A stretch of DNA of 64,000 bases from Chloroflexota bacterium (GCA_003228685.1 QIFC01000096.1:49309-113308); one strand, 5' to 3'; numbered from the stretch's first letter, positions 35,810 to 45,981 are shown. Numbers and translations are program-made. The notes: a model not told the origin generated them from the letters alone.

Positions 35810-36223
35810 ATGGCCTACGAGAAGGAACTAGCGGCGACACCGCTCTTCTCTCGGTTGGATAAAGACGATCTGGAGCGGCTGGGCAAGAGTGTTGTTCAAC
35901 GCAAGTACGCGAAGGGCGACGTCATCGTTAAGGAGGGCGAACAGGCCGTCGCGTTCTTTGTGATCGTCTCCGGCAGGGTAGACGTGACGAAAGGCGGCGA
36001 CAAGGTTGGAGAGAAGCGCGCCGGCGAGCCGTTCGGCGAGATGGCGTTGCTCGACGGGTATCCGCGGTCGACGACCGTCATCGCTGCCGAGGATACGGAG
36101 TGCCTGGTGATGACGCGATGGGACTTCACGGCAGAGCTGAAGAGCAACAACAACATCGCCCTCGCCATGTTGCCGGAGCTGAGCAAGATCATCCGCCGGC
36201 TGGAAGGGGAGTCGATCCCCTAA
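35810..36223 (+). CDS. Cyclic nucleotide-binding (cNMP) domain protein, single-domain
   Basis: ATPLFSRLDKDDLERL...GDVIVKEGEQAVAFFVIVSGRVDV...GEPFGEMALLDGYPRSTTVIA. Confidence 0.75.
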   Translation: MAYEKELAATPLFSRLDKDDLERLGKSVVQRKYAKGDVIVKEGEQAVAFFVIVSGRVDVTKGGDKVGEKRAGEPFGEMALLDGYPRSTTVIAAEDTECLVMTRWDFTAELKSNNNIALAMLPELSKIIRRLEGESIP

Positions 36224-36426
36224 CGGCCCGCTGCCCGCTCACCGGAGAGCTACGACGTTCGCGAGCGGAGGGCGGCAAACGTCAGAAGTCGCGTGAAGAT
36301 CGCGAACCCGGCGATCGACGAGAACGCTGCCAGCAGCGCCCTGGCGTCCCATCCGTCTGGTGGCGGGCCTGCAGCAGGCCTCAGTGCGCCGTCTAGCCGG
36401 ACGTCACACGTCGTCCGTTACCCTGA

Positions 36427-37665
36427 CTAGACGAGCAGCGAGGCCGGACTCTCCAGCAGCCGCCTGATCTCATTCAGGAACTGCGCACCCTGGGCCCCAT
36501 CTGTGACGCGATGGTCCGCGGAGAGCGCGGTCTTCATCAGATCCGCGGTCTCGATGCGTCCGTCGCGAACGACAGGCGTCGTGCGGACGCCGCCGACGCC
36601 AAGAATGGCCGTTTGCGGGGGCTGGATGATGGCGATGAGCCCCTCGACGCCGAACATGCCCACGTTGCTCACGGTGAACGTGCCGCCGGTGTACTCCGCG
36701 GGCTTCAGGGCGCCGGACTTCGCGCGCCCGGCTAAGTCGCGGCTGGCGTCCGCGATTTCTCCCAACGTTTTGTTTGCGGTGTCGAGGATCGCCGGCGCGA
36801 TGAGGCCTTCGTCAAGCGCGATCGCGATGCAGACGTTGATGTCGGAATGCTGCTGGACCTGCTCGTCGACGAACAAGCTATTGAACATCAGGTGCCTCGC
36901 CAGCGAGATTGCGGCGGCCCGCACGATCATGTCGTTGACGCTGACGCGCGGGTAATCTTCCACGGCGTCGTTGAGCTGGCGACGCAGGCGTTCGGCCTCC
37001 GTCATGTCGATATCGACCGTGATGTAGTAGTGGGGCGCCTCGCGCTTGCTCTGCGACATGCGGCGCGCAATCGTCTGCCGCATCTTGCTCATCTCGATCG
37101 TGGTCGTTGCTCCCGCGGCAGGCGATGTTTGCGCCGGTGTGCTGCCTGCCATTGCGGCCTCCACGTCGCGCTTCACGATGCGGCCATCGGGACCGGTACC
37201 CGAAATCGCCGTCAGATCAACGCTGTGTTCTTGGGCCAGCCTGCGCGCCACGGGAGAGGCGCGAACGCGGCCGTCGCTGCTCGCGGGCGCCGGCTGAGCG
37301 ATGGCCTTTGCGGGTTCCTTGCCGGCGGCCTTAGGCGCAGGCTTCTTCGCTGGCTCGGAAGGCGCCTTCTGGGCGGGCGTCGCGGCCTGCTTCGTCGCGC
37401 CGTTCTCGTAGGCGGAAAGATCATCGCCGGCGTCGGCGATGATCGCAATGATTGTGCCGACATCGACTGTGTCGCCCTCACCGGCTAGCGTTCTGCGAAA
37501 AACGCCCCCGTCGAATGCTTCGATCTCGACGTTCGCCTTGTCGGTCTCGATCTCAGCAATGATCTCGCCGCGATCTACCTTGTCACCCTCGTTCTTCAGC
37601 CACTTGATGATGGTGCCTTCCTCCATATCGGCGCCCATCTGCGGCATGACGACTTCAGAGATCAT
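36427..37665 (-). CDS. Pyruvate/2-oxoacid dehydrogenase complex E2 dihydrolipoamide acyltransferase
   Basis: Lipoyl domain EIETDKANVEIEAF, Ala/Pro-rich linker, catalytic domain motif HRVTDGA. Confidence 0.9.
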   Translation of the reverse strand: MISEVVMPQMGADMEEGTIIKWLKNEGDKVDRGEIIAEIETDKANVEIEAFDGGVFRRTLAGEGDTVDVGTIIAIIADAGDDLSAYENGATKQAATPAQKAPSEPAKKPAPKAAGKEPAKAIAQPAPASSDGRVRASPVARRLAQEHSVDLTAISGTGPDGRIVKRDVEAAMAGSTPAQTSPAAGATTTIEMSKMRQTIARRMSQSKREAPHYYITVDIDMTEAERLRRQLNDAVEDYPRVSVNDMIVRAAAISLARHLMFNSLFVDEQVQQHSDINVCIAIALDEGLIAPAILDTANKTLGEIADASRDLAGRAKSGALKPAEYTGGTFTVSNVGMFGVEGLIAIIQPPQTAILGVGGVRTTPVVRDGRIETADLMKTALSADHRVTDGAQGAQFLNEIRRLLESPASLLV

Positions 37666-37674
37666 CGTGTCCTC

Positions 37675-38646
37675 CTAGAAGAGTGCCAACGCGGCGTCTG
37701 CTATCTGTTGGGGGTTGGGCAGCGCCGACTGTTCGAGCGCCTTCGCGTAAGGCATGGGGACGTCAGCGCCGCAGACGCGGGCCACCGGCCCGTCCAAATC
37801 GTCGAACGCCTCCTCCATGATGATGGCCGCGATTTCGCCAGCGAAGCCGCCGAACTTCCAGTCATCCTCGATCACGACAGCACGATGCGTCTTGCGCACC
37901 GACGCCACGATCGTATCCACGTCCAGCGGCCGCAGCGTGCGCAGATTGATCACATCCGCTTCGCGCCCAGCCTCTTCGAGAATATCGGCGGCGCCAAGCG
38001 TCTGGTACACGCTGCCGGAGTAGCCGATCAACGTCACGTCCGCGCCTTCGCGCATGACCTCGGCTTGGCCAAACGGGATCGCATAGTCCTCGTCCGGGAC
38101 CTCACCTTTTCGTGCGTAGAGTGCCGTGTGTTCGATGAAGATCACCGGGTTCTGTTCGTTAAAGGCGGTCTTGAGCAAGCCACGCGCATCGCGCGGTGTG
38201 TAGGGGACGACGACTTTGATCCCAGGTATGTGCGCATACCAGCCTTCCAGGCTCTGCGAATGTTGGCTTGAGAGCTGGCTGCCGGCGCCGCTCGCCATGC
38301 GGATCACCATCGGCACGTGTATCTGTCCAGCGGACATGTAGGAAAGCTTGGCGGCGTTGTTGACGATCTGGTCTAACGCGAGCAGGCTGAAATTGATCGT
38401 CATCAGCTCGACGATCGGACGGAGTCCGCCCATCGCGGCCCCGATGCCCGCGCCAACGACGACCGACTCGGAGATCGGCGTGTCCATCACGCGCTCCGGT
38501 CCGAACTCGTCGAACAGGCCCTTCGTCACAGAGTACGAACCACCGTACGCGCCGATGTCCTCACCCATAAGGATCACGTTCTCGTCAGCCTGCAACTCCT
38601 CTTGGAGCGTCAGGCGCAGCGCGCCGCGGAAGCTCATCTCGGCCAC
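37675..38646 (-). CDS. Pyruvate dehydrogenase E1 component beta subunit
   Basis: Transketolase-like pyrimidine-binding fold. ...LMGEDIGAYGGSYSVTKGLFDEFG. Confidence 0.93.
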   Translation of the reverse strand: MAEMSFRGALRLTLQEELQADENVILMGEDIGAYGGSYSVTKGLFDEFGPERVMDTPISESVVVGAGIGAAMGGLRPIVELMTINFSLLALDQIVNNAAKLSYMSAGQIHVPMVIRMASGAGSQLSSQHSQSLEGWYAHIPGIKVVVPYTPRDARGLLKTAFNEQNPVIFIEHTALYARKGEVPDEDYAIPFGQAEVMREGADVTLIGYSGSVYQTLGAADILEEAGREADVINLRTLRPLDVDTIVASVRKTHRAVVIEDDWKFGGFAGEIAAIIMEEAFDDLDGPVARVCGADVPMPYAKALEQSALPNPQQIADAALALF

Positions 38647-39644
38647 TAGCTGTCCTCCTTGTAGACGTGGGTATACAGCTCTTCGAGCTGCGGCACAGGG
38701 CTCTCCTCGGCAAAGCGCACGGCTTCATTCACGATGTCTTCGACTTCCGCCTCCAGCGTCTGGAAGGCGCCTTCATCGATTACGCCGTCTTCGGTCAGCG
38801 TCTTGCGGAACGTGATGATCGGGTCGAGTTCGCGCCACCGTTCCGTCTGCCCCCTGTCACGATAGGCTTCAGGGTCGGCCATGGAGTGGCCGCGGTAACG
38901 GAAGCAGATCGCTTCCAGGAATGAAGGTCCTTCACCCGCGCGGACGCGTTCTGCCGCCTTGAGCGTCTCGCCGTACATCTCCAGGACGTTCATGCCGTCT
39001 ACCTGCTTGGACGGCATGGCGTATGCCGCCGCTCGCTTGTAGATCTCGATCACGGCGGACACGCGCCGAATATCGGTGCCCATGCCGTAGAAGTTGTTCT
39101 CGCACATGAAGATGACGGGGAGCTTCCAGACGGCCGCTAGATTGAGCGACTCATGGAACTCACCCTCGTTCACGGCGCCGTCGCCGAAGAAGCAGATGAC
39201 GATGCGGCCATTCTTGAGCCGCTGGTTCGCGAGCGCTAACCCGCAGGCCAGGGGTAGGTGGCCGCACACGATCGCATAACCGCCCATGAATGACTTCTCT
39301 GTGTCGAAGAGGTGCATGGAACCGCCTCTACCGCCGCTGACGCCCGTTTCCTTGCCGAACAGCTCCGCCATGATGCGCCCCGGCTCAACGCCGCGGGCGA
39401 GCGCGTGCCCATGGTCGCGGTAGTGTGTCAGCAGCTGATCGTCATCGTTGAGGGCCGAGATCGCTCCGACCGCGACCGCCTCCTCGCCGTTGTAGAGATG
39501 CAAGAAGCCAGCGATCTTCTGCTTCGCGTACATCTCGGCCGCCTTCGTCTCGAATCGGCGGATCAGCATCATCTTCCGCAGCAGCTCAATCAACTGCTCG
39601 TTGGGTAGTTCTTTCGCGGGGGGCTTGTCGATTAGTTGTGTCAT
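38646..39644 (-). CDS. Pyruvate dehydrogenase E1 component alpha subunit (TPP-binding)
   Basis: TPP motif ...GDGAVNEGEFHESLNLAAVWKLPVIFMCENN. Confidence 0.93.
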   Translation of the reverse strand: MTQLIDKPPAKELPNEQLIELLRKMMLIRRFETKAAEMYAKQKIAGFLHLYNGEEAVAVGAISALNDDDQLLTHYRDHGHALARGVEPGRIMAELFGKETGVSGGRGGSMHLFDTEKSFMGGYAIVCGHLPLACGLALANQRLKNGRIVICFFGDGAVNEGEFHESLNLAAVWKLPVIFMCENNFYGMGTDIRRVSAVIEIYKRAAAYAMPSKQVDGMNVLEMYGETLKAAERVRAGEGPSFLEAICFRYRGHSMADPEAYRDRGQTERWRELDPIITFRKTLTEDGVIDEGAFQTLEAEVEDIVNEAVRFAEESPVPQLEELYTHVYKEDS

Positions 39645-41032
39645 CGTTCGTTCCAGAAATGGATCGCTTCGCCATCGACATCGAGGGCGGCTTCCTTGAC
39701 GATCTCGGATAAGGTCGGGTGGGCGTGCACGGCCCAGCCCAGTTCGCGAGGCGTCGTCTCCAGCACGCTGCCCAACGACGCCTCCGCCAGCAACTCCGTC
39801 GCGTCTTGGCCGATTAGATGGTAACCGACGATCTCGTTCGTCGATGCGTCGACGACGAGCTTTGCGATGCCGTCCGTCTTCTCCTTCGCGATCGCTTTGC
39901 CGTTACCACGGTAGGGGAACGTTCCGATCTTCACTTCCAGGCCCTGTTCGCGCGCTTGCGCCTCTGTGAGGCCCAGGCTGGCGACCTGTGGCTGGCAGTA
40001 CGTGCAGCGCGGCATCTTGTCGTAGGGGAGGGGCATGGGCGTCTGGCCGGCGATCGCCTCTGCCGCCGCGACGCCCTGCGCGGACGCGACGTGCGCCAAC
40101 GGGAGCTTGCCGGTCACGTCCCCGATGGCATACACGCCGGCGGCGGACGTGCGCATCGTGTCGTCGATTTGGATGAAGCTTCGCTCGACGGTGACGCCGG
40201 CGTCCTCAAGGCCGAGCTTCTCTGTGTTGCCGGCCATGCCGATGCCGATGAGGACCTTGTCCGCAGCCAACTGCTCAGCTTTACCGCCTACACTGATGGA
40301 GACCTCGGCGCGGCCGTCAGCGACGGTCACGCTCTCGACCTGCGCACCCGTGCGAAAGCCGATGCCTTGCTTCTTGAACGCGCGCTCTAGCTGGCTGCTG
40401 ATCGCCTCGTCCTCAAGCGGTAGGAGGTGGTCGAGCAGCTCCACGATCGTCACGTCTACGCCGTATGCGTTGTAGAAGTAGGCGAACTCGGCGCCGATCG
40501 GCCCTCCGCCGACGATGACGAGCGACTCCGGCGGCTCGCGCAGCTCAAGGGCTTCGCGGCTCGTGATCACGGTCGTCCCGTCGATCTCGATGCCCGGCAG
40601 CGCCCGGGCGTGCGCGCCGGTCGCAAGGATCACATTCTGAGCCTCAATGAGATCGCCGCCTTCGACGGCGATCGCCGTTGCGCTCTTCAGTACACCGCGG
40701 CCCGCGACGACAGTGACCTTGTTCTTCTTGAGCAAGAACTCGACGCCTTTCACCATGCGGTCGACGACCTTTCGGCTTCTGTCGATCGCCTGCGCCATAT
40801 CGATGTGCAGCGCGTCGTAGGTAATGCCGAAGTCCTTGGAGTCTTGGAAGAGATGCACCAGTTCGGCGTTCCAGAGGAGCGCCTTGCTCGGGATGCAGCC
40901 CCAGTTCAGGCAAAGGCCGCCGACTCGGTCCTCTTCGATCACAACGGCCTTCATGCCGAGCTGGGCGGCCCGGATAGCGGCGACATAGCCGCCGGGCCCA
41001 CCGCCGAGCACGGCCACGTCGTAGGCGGGCAC
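39641..41032 (-). CDS. lpdA: Dihydrolipoyl dehydrogenase (E3)
   Basis: VAVLGGGPGGYVAAIRAAQLG...GGLCLNWGCIPSK redox-active disulfide motif. Confidence 0.95.
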   Translation of the reverse strand: MPAYDVAVLGGGPGGYVAAIRAAQLGMKAVVIEEDRVGGLCLNWGCIPSKALLWNAELVHLFQDSKDFGITYDALHIDMAQAIDRSRKVVDRMVKGVEFLLKKNKVTVVAGRGVLKSATAIAVEGGDLIEAQNVILATGAHARALPGIEIDGTTVITSREALELREPPESLVIVGGGPIGAEFAYFYNAYGVDVTIVELLDHLLPLEDEAISSQLERAFKKQGIGFRTGAQVESVTVADGRAEVSISVGGKAEQLAADKVLIGIGMAGNTEKLGLEDAGVTVERSFIQIDDTMRTSAAGVYAIGDVTGKLPLAHVASAQGVAAAEAIAGQTPMPLPYDKMPRCTYCQPQVASLGLTEAQAREQGLEVKIGTFPYRGNGKAIAKEKTDGIAKLVVDASTNEIVGYHLIGQDATELLAEASLGSVLETTPRELGWAVHAHPTLSEIVKEAALDVDGEAIHFWNER

Positions 41033-41958
41033 TAGAGGATGCCTCCCGCAAGGCGGGCTTGTTTGTCAGCGTGGTAGGAGCTGCGGACGAGCGGCCCCGC
41101 TTCGACGTGTTGGAACCCCAGCTCTTTGCCCTGCGACACGAAGGGCTCGAACTCCTCGGGCGGGTAGTAGCGCTCGACCGCTAGGTGCTTGGCGCTCGGC
41201 CGCAGGTACTGACCAATCGTGACGATGTCGACTCGCGATTCTCGCAGATCGGCCATCACCTGAAAGACCTCGTGTTGCGTCTCGCCCAGCCCCACCATCA
41301 GGCCGGATTTCGTCCTTAGCGTCGGGTCCATGTCCTTCGCGGTGTTGAGCAGCTCCAGTGAGCGCTCGTATCGTGCCTTCGGGCGCACGTGGCCGTAGAG
41401 CCTGGGGACGGTCTCGATATTGTGATTGAGAACGTATGGCCGTGCCTCGACGATCGTCTCCAGGGCGTTCCAGTTGCCCATGAAGTCGGGAATCAGCACT
41501 TCGACATGGCAGACGGGGTTATCGTGCCTGATCGCGCGGATGCAGCCGGCGAAGATCGAGGCGCCCCCATCTGGTTGGTCGTCGCGGTTCACGGAGGTGA
41601 TCACCACGTAAGCGAGGCCCAACCGGCGCACGGCCTGCGCGAGCCGGAGTGGTTCTAGCATGTCGGGAGCGTTTTCTGGCCTGCCCGTCTTCACGGCGCA
41701 GAATCCACAAGAGCGCGTACACGTGTCGCCTAAAATCATAAACGTCGCCGTGCCATCGTTGAAGCACTCGCCGATGTTCGGGCAACTGGCCTCCTCGCAG
41801 ACGGTGTGCAGACCGCCTTCGCGGAGCAGGCCCTTAATCTCTTGGTAGCGCTCCCCGGCCGGAAAGCGTACCTTCAACCAAGAAGGCTTAGGCTCGCGAT
41901 TGGCGGTCCTCGTCCGCGGCTCCAGCGTCGGTGTTGTGTTCTCCAATGTCCTACCCAA
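41032..41958 (-). CDS. lipA: Lipoyl synthase
   Basis: CEEASCPNIGEC and radical-SAM CTRSCGFCAV motifs. Confidence 0.95.
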   Translation of the reverse strand: MGRTLENTTPTLEPRTRTANREPKPSWLKVRFPAGERYQEIKGLLREGGLHTVCEEASCPNIGECFNDGTATFMILGDTCTRSCGFCAVKTGRPENAPDMLEPLRLAQAVRRLGLAYVVITSVNRDDQPDGGASIFAGCIRAIRHDNPVCHVEVLIPDFMGNWNALETIVEARPYVLNHNIETVPRLYGHVRPKARYERSLELLNTAKDMDPTLRTKSGLMVGLGETQHEVFQVMADLRESRVDIVTIGQYLRPSAKHLAVERYYPPEEFEPFVSQGKELGFQHVEAGPLVRSSYHADKQARLAGGIL

Positions 41959-42631
41959 CGAGCACGCCCTCCTCCTGCGGCTGGCGCATCTCGACGTCGA
42001 ACAGGCGTCCGAACGCTGCTGTGATCGAATCGATCACGCGTCCCATCTCCGGCGCGTCTCCGAGTTCGCGTGCCATGGATGTCACGGTCACGTCGGAAAG
42101 CCCGCAGGGAACGATGTGCGAGAAGTACGTGAGGTCCGGGTCGACGTTCAGCGCGAAGCCGTGGCTCGTGACCCCGCGCGAGATACGCACGCCGATGGCG
42201 GCGATCTTCGAATCGCCGGCCCAGACGCCCGGGCGGCCCTGCTCGCGCCGGCCGGCGATGCCGAACTCCGCGAGCGTCTCGATCAGCATCTGTTCGAGCG
42301 AGCGCACATACCAGCGCGGGCCTTCGTGCCACTGGTGCAGGTCCAGGATCGGATACCCGACGAGCTGGCCTGGCCCATGGTAGGTGACGTCGCCGCCGCG
42401 GTCAGTGCGCCGCACGGCCGCGCCGATCTGCTGGAGGCGCGCCTCGTCCGCAAGCAGATTGCCCGTATCGCCACGGGCGCCCAGCGTGTACGTCGGCGGG
42501 TGTTCAAGCAGCAGCAGCCTCGCGGCGCCGTCCTTGCGACATGCTTGGACGAGGCTCTGCTGCGTGGCGAGTGCGTCCTCGTACTCGACGAGGCCGAGTC
42601 GCTGGACGGAACAAGCTCTGGTGGATGTCAT
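41951..42631 (-). CDS. lipB: Lipoyl(octanoyl) transferase
   Basis: RGGDVTYHGPGQLVGYPIL, the LipB catalytic region. Confidence 0.9.
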   Translation of the reverse strand: MTSTRACSVQRLGLVEYEDALATQQSLVQACRKDGAARLLLLEHPPTYTLGARGDTGNLLADEARLQQIGAAVRRTDRGGDVTYHGPGQLVGYPILDLHQWHEGPRWYVRSLEQMLIETLAEFGIAGRREQGRPGVWAGDSKIAAIGVRISRGVTSHGFALNVDPDLTYFSHIVPCGLSDVTVTSMARELGDAPEMGRVIDSITAAFGRLFDVEMRQPQEEGVLVG

Positions 42632-42754
42632 GCGGAACTCCTGCTCTAAATCGGCAGGGAGCAGCTAGGCGTCCCTGCCTTGATCGATCTTATCACAGAG
42701 CCTTCTCGGCAACTGTAGGGCGCTCACGTAAGGGTTCCACCGTGGCCGGCGCGC

Positions 42755-43192
42755 CTACTCGCCGACGATGATGCTGTCGATCACTCGCGGTTCGCTCATG
42801 ATCGTCTTGTGAACGGGGCACTTGCCTGCGATCTCGAGCAGGCGCGCCTTCTGCTCTTCGTTGATATGGCCGTGGAGTGAGATGTCTCGCTTGATCACGT
42901 CGACGCGGCGCGTGCCCTCCTCCGCATTCGCGCTGTCCTCCGCGTGTACTCGGTCGTGGGTGAGATGGACCGAGCACTCCGTGAGGTCCCAACCCCTGCG
43001 GCGGGCGTACATTAGGAGAGTCATCGCCGTACAGGACCCGAGCGCCCCGAGCAGCAGTTCGTACGGGCCGGGACCCAGTCCGTTGCCGCCGTCGCTGGCC
43101 GGCTCGTCGACGACGAACGAGTGACTCCCGGTCGTCACAAGCTGGCTATAGTTGTAGTCGGTGAGGTACTGGACAGTGACCTTGTTCTCCAT
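42755..43192 (-). CDS. OsmC/Ohr family protein
   Basis: GPGPYELLLGALGSCTAMTLLMYARR and CPVHKT, the two conserved Cys regions. Start at ATG 43192, preceded by SD AGGGAGG. Confidence 0.85.
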   Translation of the reverse strand: MENKVTVQYLTDYNYSQLVTTGSHSFVVDEPASDGGNGLGPGPYELLLGALGSCTAMTLLMYARRRGWDLTECSVHLTHDRVHAEDSANAEEGTRRVDVIKRDISLHGHINEEQKARLLEIAGKCPVHKTIMSEPRVIDSIIVGE

Positions 43193-43281
43193 TCGTGCCT
43201 CCCTGTAGCGGTGCGGTTCTAGGGGAAGCGTATCACGCAATCAAACGAGGGAGGGTGATCGACGTAACGGCTGACTGGGAT

Positions 43282-44256
43282 CTAGCGGCACCAGGTGAGG
43301 AAGATGGCGCTTTCCGCCGAGTCCACACGGTGAGTCGCGGTGCCATCAGCGTTGGTGACGTACACGCCGACGGTTAGATTGCTAGCGCGTGTTGCGGCGA
43401 CGGAAACTTGGTCGCCTGAAGGGCCTAGGGGTACTGGGGCGGTGAAGGCGAGCATCGCGCCATCGAGAGACAGCCGAGGATTGAGCGGTCCCCAGGCATC
43501 ATACCCGAGGAGTTCTACGGCAGGAGTTATTTCGATGGTACGGCTGTCGCCCCCGTCGGTGTTCACCAGGTGGATGTCTCTTCCGAGCGTGTAGATGATC
43601 TGCAATCCGTCCGGCGACCAGCCTACGACTTCGTGGGCTGTGGCACGCGTGAGATTCAACAGATCGCCACCCTCAATGCTGACCGTGTATATCTCCCGGT
43701 TTCCGTCGCGCGTCGATGTAAACGCGATCTGCTTCCCATCGGGCGACCAGCGAGGCTGACCATCGGGCCCGGTTGTTAAGCGGCGAAGGTTGCTGCCGTC
43801 GGCATCCATGAGCCAGATTTCGTTGAACGCTTCCCACGCGTCTCGCCAGACAAACGCGATGCTCTTTCCGTCAGGCGACCACGCGGGCTGGCCTGTCTCC
43901 AGACCCTTGGAAAGCTCGATGTTGCCTGAGCCATCAAGGTTCGCGGTGATTAGCGTGCCCATGACTTCGCCGCTCTGATCGTAGCCAGCTACGGCGTAGA
44001 TGATGGCCGTTCCGTCCGGAGAGCAATCGGCTGCTACCACGCCGGCTCCTGGACCGTCACCGGTCACAAATAGCTGCTCTTCACTCGAACCGTCCGCGCT
44101 GACGGCAAAGAGCGCCCGCGGCGCTGGGCTCTGACGGTAGTAGAGTACGCGCCCGGGTTCTGTACGCTCTTCCGGAACGGCTACTGGTGAGGAACTGCCC
44201 CCGCACGCGAAGAGCAGGAGTGCCATACCACCAAGGATGAGGATCGGCGCCCGCAT
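43282..44256 (-). CDS. TolB-like WD40/PD40 beta-propeller repeat lipoprotein
   Basis: Lipoprotein signal LLFACGGSS. Repeated PD40-type units (SPDGKSIAF / SPDGKQIAF / SPDGLQIIY). Confidence 0.8.
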   Translation of the reverse strand: MRAPILILGGMALLLFACGGSSSPVAVPEERTEPGRVLYYRQSPAPRALFAVSADGSSEEQLFVTGDGPGAGVVAADCSPDGTAIIYAVAGYDQSGEVMGTLITANLDGSGNIELSKGLETGQPAWSPDGKSIAFVWRDAWEAFNEIWLMDADGSNLRRLTTGPDGQPRWSPDGKQIAFTSTRDGNREIYTVSIEGGDLLNLTRATAHEVVGWSPDGLQIIYTLGRDIHLVNTDGGDSRTIEITPAVELLGYDAWGPLNPRLSLDGAMLAFTAPVPLGPSGDQVSVAATRASNLTVGVYVTNADGTATHRVDSAESAIFLTWCR

Positions 44257-44334
44257 GTCGTCATATGTACACCGCCGAGCGCGGCAAGGTTCCGATTCGC
44301 TCGTTAGAACCCACGCCTAGCCTGGCGTGGCGCC

Positions 44335-45426
44335 TCAGCGGCCGCGGGATTGCGCTTCGCGGATCGATTCCTTGATGCGCTCTTCGATTGGGGTGAAGGG
44401 GTTCATCTTGCCTGCCAGGTCGCGTAGCTTCTCGAAGTTCTCAGAGCCGGACGCCTGCTCTTCGGCCCACTGCTTCGCGAAGCTTCCGTCCTTGACCTCC
44501 TGAACCACCTTCCGCAGGTGCTCGCGGAGTGGCTCGCGGTCTAGCGCCAGGCTGCGCATCATGCCGCCGTACTGGCTGGTGCGTGAATGCAGCTTCGCCT
44601 GCTCGTAGAAACCCACGTCGGCCATCGCCTGAAGCGTTTCCGCCGCCTCGCCTGAGAGGTAGAGGTCCAGCGCCATCGCCTCAGCGGGAATGCCCGCCTC
44701 GATGCCGACCTCCAGCATCGTGTAGAACGTCATGCCCAGCAGCGAACCGAAGCCCTGCTCGTGGTAGAGGTCCAATATCGTCTCGTCCCTCGCCGAAAGC
44801 TCGAACGCGGCTCCTGGGCTTGAAAGCGTGCCGATGCCGGACGCCAGCGCCAGGAGCGTCTGCCAAGCGTTTCCACTTTCGTCCTGTTCCACCGACACGT
44901 AGCTGTAGAAGCCTTTGCCTTGTTCATACAGTTGGCGGAGCTGGCGTCCGATCATGCGCGGCGCCAGGAGCACGACGTCGACATCGGGCGGGAGGTCGAT
45001 CGCCTCGTACGTGACGTTGTAGCCGGAGGCCAGCACTAGCGTGTCGTGCTGGTGCAGGTGGGGTTGGATCTGTTCCTTGAATACTTCTGGCAACACCTCA
45101 TCAGGGACAAGCAGGAAGAGGATATCCGCCGCATCCGCGGCTTCGCCGACGGCTCGCGGTCTGAACCCGTCCGACTCGGCCTGTTGCCACGTGTCGTCGT
45201 GCGCGGTCCCGACGAAGATGTCGCAGTTGACCGACTCTGCCTGGAGTGTCTCGCTAAGGTTCAAGGCCTGAGCCCGCCCTTGGTTTCCGTAGCCGATGAA
45301 GGCGATCGCCCGGCCTTCGAGCAGCTTGACGTCGCCGTCGGCGGCGCCGAACGCCCGTAGCGGGGGGGCGGCCTCGTTCATCCCAGCGAAGCCGAACGCT
45401 CGGAGTGGCCGTTGCGGCGCAAGCAC
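44335..45426 (-). CDS. Ketol-acid reductoisomerase family protein (divergent, standalone)
   Basis: Rossmann IAFIGYGNQGRAQALNL aligns to the KARI GYGSQG motif. LLAPRMIGRQLR vs IMIAPKAPGHTVR. ...LYHEQ vs LFGEQ. N-terminal extension. Not in an ilv operon. Confidence 0.55.
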   Translation of the reverse strand: MLAPQRPLRAFGFAGMNEAAPPLRAFGAADGDVKLLEGRAIAFIGYGNQGRAQALNLSETLQAESVNCDIFVGTAHDDTWQQAESDGFRPRAVGEAADAADILFLLVPDEVLPEVFKEQIQPHLHQHDTLVLASGYNVTYEAIDLPPDVDVVLLAPRMIGRQLRQLYEQGKGFYSYVSVEQDESGNAWQTLLALASGIGTLSSPGAAFELSARDETILDLYHEQGFGSLLGMTFYTMLEVGIEAGIPAEAMALDLYLSGEAAETLQAMADVGFYEQAKLHSRTSQYGGMMRSLALDREPLREHLRKVVQEVKDGSFAKQWAEEQASGSENFEKLRDLAGKMNPFTPIEERIKESIREAQSRGR

Positions 45427-45896
45427 TTGTGGCCCGTTTCGTCGATCGGGCCACCGCAGAGGACGCAGACCGGGCGGCCTGCGTTGACGATCTCCTCGGC
45501 TCGCCGCGCGAAGGCGCGCGCTTGGCCCCGGCTAACCTGGCACGAAAAGGTCGGCGTACTGTCTTCATTCTCTGCCGCCTCCTGGTCGTACGCGAATATC
45601 GATATTGAGGTTGCCTGGTCATCGTGGCCGATCCCAAGGCGGCTAGGCCTGAAGTCGACATCGGGCATCTCTGGGAAGGAACCGCCCATGACAGGCTCCG
45701 GTTCGACCGGTTCCTCTGAGGGCTTGGTCTGCTCCAACAGCCGTCTCAGTGCGAGCGCAAGCGCCGCCACCTGCTCCTTCTCAAGCCATAGCGATGCCGA
45801 TTCAAGTCGCGCCATCACGCGAATACGAAACTGGCGATCGCCAGGCTCCCCAATCGCTTCCGGTTCGATGCTATCCGCGCGGCCAAAGTCCCACAT
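45378..45896 (-). CDS. DUF3090-like conserved hypothetical protein (C-terminal CxxC...HxC)
   Basis: 172 aa. C-terminal PVCVLCGGPIDETGHKC. Assignment to DUF3090/TIGR03847 is from memory. Confidence 0.45.
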   Translation of the reverse strand: MWDFGRADSIEPEAIGEPGDRQFRIRVMARLESASLWLEKEQVAALALALRRLLEQTKPSEEPVEPEPVMGGSFPEMPDVDFRPSRLGIGHDDQATSISIFAYDQEAAENEDSTPTFSCQVSRGQARAFARRAEEIVNAGRPVCVLCGGPIDETGHKCLRRNGHSERSASLG

Positions 45897-45918
45897 TGCC
45901 GGTCTATTGTACGACGAG

Positions 45919-45981
45919 GCCCCTTTTGGGCCAACATGGGCCCCTTCTGGGCCAACATGGGCCCCTTCTGGGCCAACAGGC
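45919..45981. repeat. 3 x 21-bp tandem repeat (GGCCCCTT[T/C]TGGGCCAACA[T/G]G) in a divergent promoter region
   Basis: Read in the sequence between the DUF3090-like gene (start 45896) and the NUDIX gene (start 46007). Confidence 0.7.
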
